Source: Longimicrobiales bacterium (GTDB lineage Bacteria > Gemmatimonadota > Gemmatimonadetes > Longimicrobiales > Gaopeijiaceae). From it: 64,000 bases of DNA. This document shows positions 61,277 through 64,000 of the stretch, in pieces; positions within the stretch are counted from its first letter, which is position 1, and each line of letters starts with the position of its first letter. Position numbers and translations under genes: made by a program. The DNA lies in contig CBDCKN010000009.1 of assembly GCA_965218295.1 (NCBI GenBank), positions 32,001-96,000 on the forward strand. Direction: 5' to 3'. The notes below the pieces were generated by a model. That model had not been told where the DNA came from. It was given only the letters and a program-made list of their open reading frames with translations, and ran no database searches.

Positions 61277-64000
61277 TCCACTTCGTCTCTCGGCCGTACT
61301 GGCCATCCTGTGGGTCGGCGGCTGCACGTCGCTGGGACCGGGGGAGGGGTCGGCGTCGTCCTCGCCACGCCCGGCCGCCGGGGCGTTCACTCCCGGCACG
61401 AGGCCGCTGGATGGTGAGGCACGGGCGTGGGTGCACGGGACCCTGGCCTCCCTCACGCTGCGGCAGCAGGTGGCGCAGCTCGTCATCCAGTGGTTGCCCG
61501 GCTCGTACGCGTCGACCAGCAGCCCCGAGTTCCTCGAGTGGGCCGGTTGGGTGGAAGACGACGAGATCGGGGGCATCTATCTGTCCATCGGGCTGCCCCA
61601 CTCGTACGCGGCGAAGATCAACGAGCTCCAGGCTCGGGCCCGGATCCCCCTCCTGGTCACTTCGGACTTCGAGAACGGCGGGCCGGGGATGCGGATCAAC
61701 CACTCCTACGCTCTGCCGTCTATGCTCCCGCAGGGCGGCGGCACCAGCTTTCCGCCGACCATGGCCTTCGGAGCTATCGGGGACGAGCGCTTCGTTCGGG
61801 AGTACGGGCGCATCACTGCGGTCGAGGCGAGAGCGGTCGGCGTCCACCTGAACTTTGCTCCCGTGCTGGACGTCAACTCGAACCCCGACAACCCCATCAT
61901 CAACACGCGCTCCTTCGGTGAGGACCCGGCTACCGTAGCCCGGCTGGGGGCCGCGTACATCCAGGGGGCGCACCAGGGCGGCGTGCTCGCCACGGCGAAG
62001 CACTTCCCGGGACACGGGGACACCCGGACGGATTCTCACCTTGATCTTCCGGTGGTTCCGGCGGACTGGGACCGGCTCAACGCCGTGGAGCTGGTGCCGT
62101 TCCGGGAGGCGGTAGAGTCGGGTGTGGACGCAGTCATGACGGCCCACGTCATGGTGTCCGGGGTCCAGGGCACGGACGGGCCTCCGGCCACGCTTGATCC
62201 ACGCTTCATGACCGAGCTCCTCCGGGAGGAGATGGGCTTCGGCGGCCTTCTCCTCACGGACGCCCTGGTCATGGCGGCCCTCGCCGATCGCTACGGAACC
62301 GGTGAGCTGGCGGTGCTGGCACTGGAAGCAGGAAGCGACGTCCTGCTTATGCCGACGGACGTGACAGAAGCCATCGCGGCCGTCGTCGCCGCCGTGGACG
62401 CGGGCCGCGTGGATCCGGGCCACATCCGGGCCTCGGCCCGCCGGGTGCTCGAGACCAAGGCCCGGGCCGGGCTCCACCGCGGGCGGATGGTGGATCTGGA
62501 CGCCGTGGACGACGTGGTGGGGAGCGCGGCTCACTTGGCGTTCGCCGACACGGCGGCGGCCCGCTCCATGACCCTCCTCCGGGACCGCGCGGGTGCTGTG
62601 CCGGTGGACTCCACAGTGACCCGGAGGATCCTGAGCGTGACCTATGCTCGAGCCGACAACCTGGTGGCAGGCACGGCCTTCGATCCGGCTTTGGCCGGCA
62701 GGGTCGCGTCGCTGCGCGGGGCTCGGGTCGACCCGGACACCCCGGCCGAGACGTACGACTCCCTGCGCCTGCGGGCCCAAGACGTCGACCTGGTACTGGT
62801 GAGCGCCTACGTGCCGCCCCGGGCGGGAGCCGGTGAGGTCGCCGCCCCGGACGCCTTGGCCGATTTCATCCACGAAGTCGGGCAGGAGCGTCCGCTGCTG
62901 GTCACCTCGTTCGGGAATCCGTATCTGCTGGTGGCCCTGCCCAACGCACCCGCCTACCTGATCGCCTGGGGAGACCGGGAGGTGTCGCAGGCGGCTGCGG
63001 TCCGCGCCCTCTTCGGCGAGATGGCCATCGGCGGACGGCTGCCCATATCCATCCCGCCCTTCCACACCATGGGGGACGGGCTTACCAGGGCCGTCGGCGA
63101 CGCAACCACTCGTACGCAGACCCCGTCCTCCGGCGCTGTCACGCCTGGCGCGGCGGCCGTCGCCGTGTCGATCTCAGAGCTCGAGGCAGACGCCGGTTCC
63201 GCCGGGATGAGCTCCCGGCGTCTCTGGGCCGTGGATTACCTGGTGACCGAGGCCATCGGCGACGGAGCGACGCCCGGCGCGGTGGTGGCCATGGGGCGCG
63301 GCGGAAAGCTGATCCGGCTCCGGGGCTACGGCCGGCTGGATTGGGACGCGTCGGCCGGACCCGCCGACGCGAGCTCGATCTACGATCTGGCCTCTCTCAC
63401 CAAGGTGGTGGGCACGACCACCGCGGCCATGATCCTGGTGGACGAAGGCCGGCTCGATCTGGATGCGGCCGTAGTGGACTATCTCCCGTGGTGGGGCAGG
63501 GGAGACCCGTCCAAGGCCGGCGTCACCGTCCGACACCTCCTGCTCCACCGTGCAGGGCTGCCACCCTTCCGTCGCTTCTATCTGGAGATGGAGGGGCGGA
63601 GCGCCTACGAGGACGCCATCGGCGATCTCCCGCTCGAGTACACGCCGGGAGACCGCACCGTCTACTCCGATATCGGACTCATGACGGTGGCGTTCATCAT
63701 CGAGGAGGTGACTGGCCAAGGCCTCGACGCGTTCCTCGAAGAGCGGGTGTGGGACCCGTTGGGGATGGCAGACACGGAGTTCCGTCCCGGATCCGAGCTG
63801 CGAGGACGGATCGCGCCCACCGAGGTGGACACGATCTTCAGGGACGTCCACGTGCACGGCGTGGTCCATGACGAGAACGCGTACGCCATCGGGGGGGTGG
63901 CCGGCCACGCAGGCCTCTTCTCCACGGCGTCCGACCTATCGGTCCTGGCGCAGGCCCTCCTGAACGGGGGCCGCATCGAGGGCTGCGAGCGGGGGGACGA
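61266..64000 (+). CDS. GH3 beta-N-acetylglucosaminidase fused to a serine hydrolase (beta-lactamase/AmiE-like); runs off the window edge
   Basis: Manual translation from GTG 61266: lipobox VGGC and KHFPGHGDTRTDSH, then in the same frame IYDLASLTK (SxxK), YSDIG, VHDENA and GHAGLF. Confidence 0.88.
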   Translation, partial: MGGSPLRLSAVLAILWVGGCTSLGPGEGSASSSPRPAAGAFTPGTRPLDGEARAWVHGTLASLTLRQQVAQLVIQWLPGSYASTSSPEFLEWAGWVEDDEIGGIYLSIGLPHSYAAKINELQARARIPLLVTSDFENGGPGMRINHSYALPSMLPQGGGTSFPPTMAFGAIGDERFVREYGRITAVEARAVGVHLNFAPVLDVNSNPDNPIINTRSFGEDPATVARLGAAYIQGAHQGGVLATAKHFPGHGDTRTDSHLDLPVVPADWDRLNAVELVPFREAVESGVDAVMTAHVMVSGVQGTDGPPATLDPRFMTELLREEMGFGGLLLTDALVMAALADRYGTGELAVLALEAGSDVLLMPTDVTEAIAAVVAAVDAGRVDPGHIRASARRVLETKARAGLHRGRMVDLDAVDDVVGSAAHLAFADTAAARSMTLLRDRAGAVPVDSTVTRRILSVTYARADNLVAGTAFDPALAGRVASLRGARVDPDTPAETYDSLRLRAQDVDLVLVSAYVPPRAGAGEVAAPDALADFIHEVGQERPLLVTSFGNPYLLVALPNAPAYLIAWGDREVSQAAAVRALFGEMAIGGRLPISIPPFHTMGDGLTRAVGDATTRTQTPSSGAVTPGAAAVAVSISELEADAGSAGMSSRRLWAVDYLVTEAIGDGATPGAVVAMGRGGKLIRLRGYGRLDWDASAGPADASSIYDLASLTKVVGTTTAAMILVDEGRLDLDAAVVDYLPWWGRGDPSKAGVTVRHLLLHRAGLPPFRRFYLEMEGRSAYEDAIGDLPLEYTPGDRTVYSDIGLMTVAFIIEEVTGQGLDAFLEERVWDPLGMADTEFRPGSELRGRIAPTEVDTIFRDVHVHGVVHDENAYAIGGVAGHAGLFSTASDLSVLAQALLNGGRIEGCERGD

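Overview
GC-rich bacterial DNA, probably Gemmatimonadota-like (inferred from gene content and order only). The window has four parts. (1) About 1-20.5 kb is an accessory, partly decayed region. It holds an aldehyde dehydrogenase (partial); an acetolactate synthase-like gene and a MOSC gene, both cut at the ends of a complete 1671-bp IS1595-family element; poxB; a TolC/MFP/RND efflux operon with indels; a haloalkane dehalogenase; a ~200-bp non-coding insert resembling an IS110 left end; a truncated sigma54-driven oxidoreductase with its PAS-bEBP activator; a HipBA-like toxin-antitoxin pair; and a truncated Omp85 protein with a kinase-like N-terminal domain. (2) 20.5-28.1 kb is a form I aerobic CO dehydrogenase cluster (coxD-E-G-M-S-L-F/YHS), followed by an OmpA-family gene and small membrane genes. 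(3) 31.6-56 kb is mostly housekeeping: tgt, yajC, def, fmt, thiE/S/G, rsmB, PASTA, TlpA, YbbR, tsaD, lgt, phosphoesterase, tamA/B, a PAS kinase, uvrA and a CesT-like gene with pspA. (4) 57-64 kb is a peptidoglycan-recycling locus (dat, namZ, two GH3 genes, the last fused to a serine hydrolase). No rRNA, tRNA or CRISPR array was seen. The best leads are the orphan IS110-like ncRNA fragment with a 9-nt match to its insertion flank, the kinase-like Omp85 fusion, and the promoter/small-ORF architecture of the IS1595 ends. Several indels could be sequencing errors. All family calls come from motif recognition by eye, without database searches.
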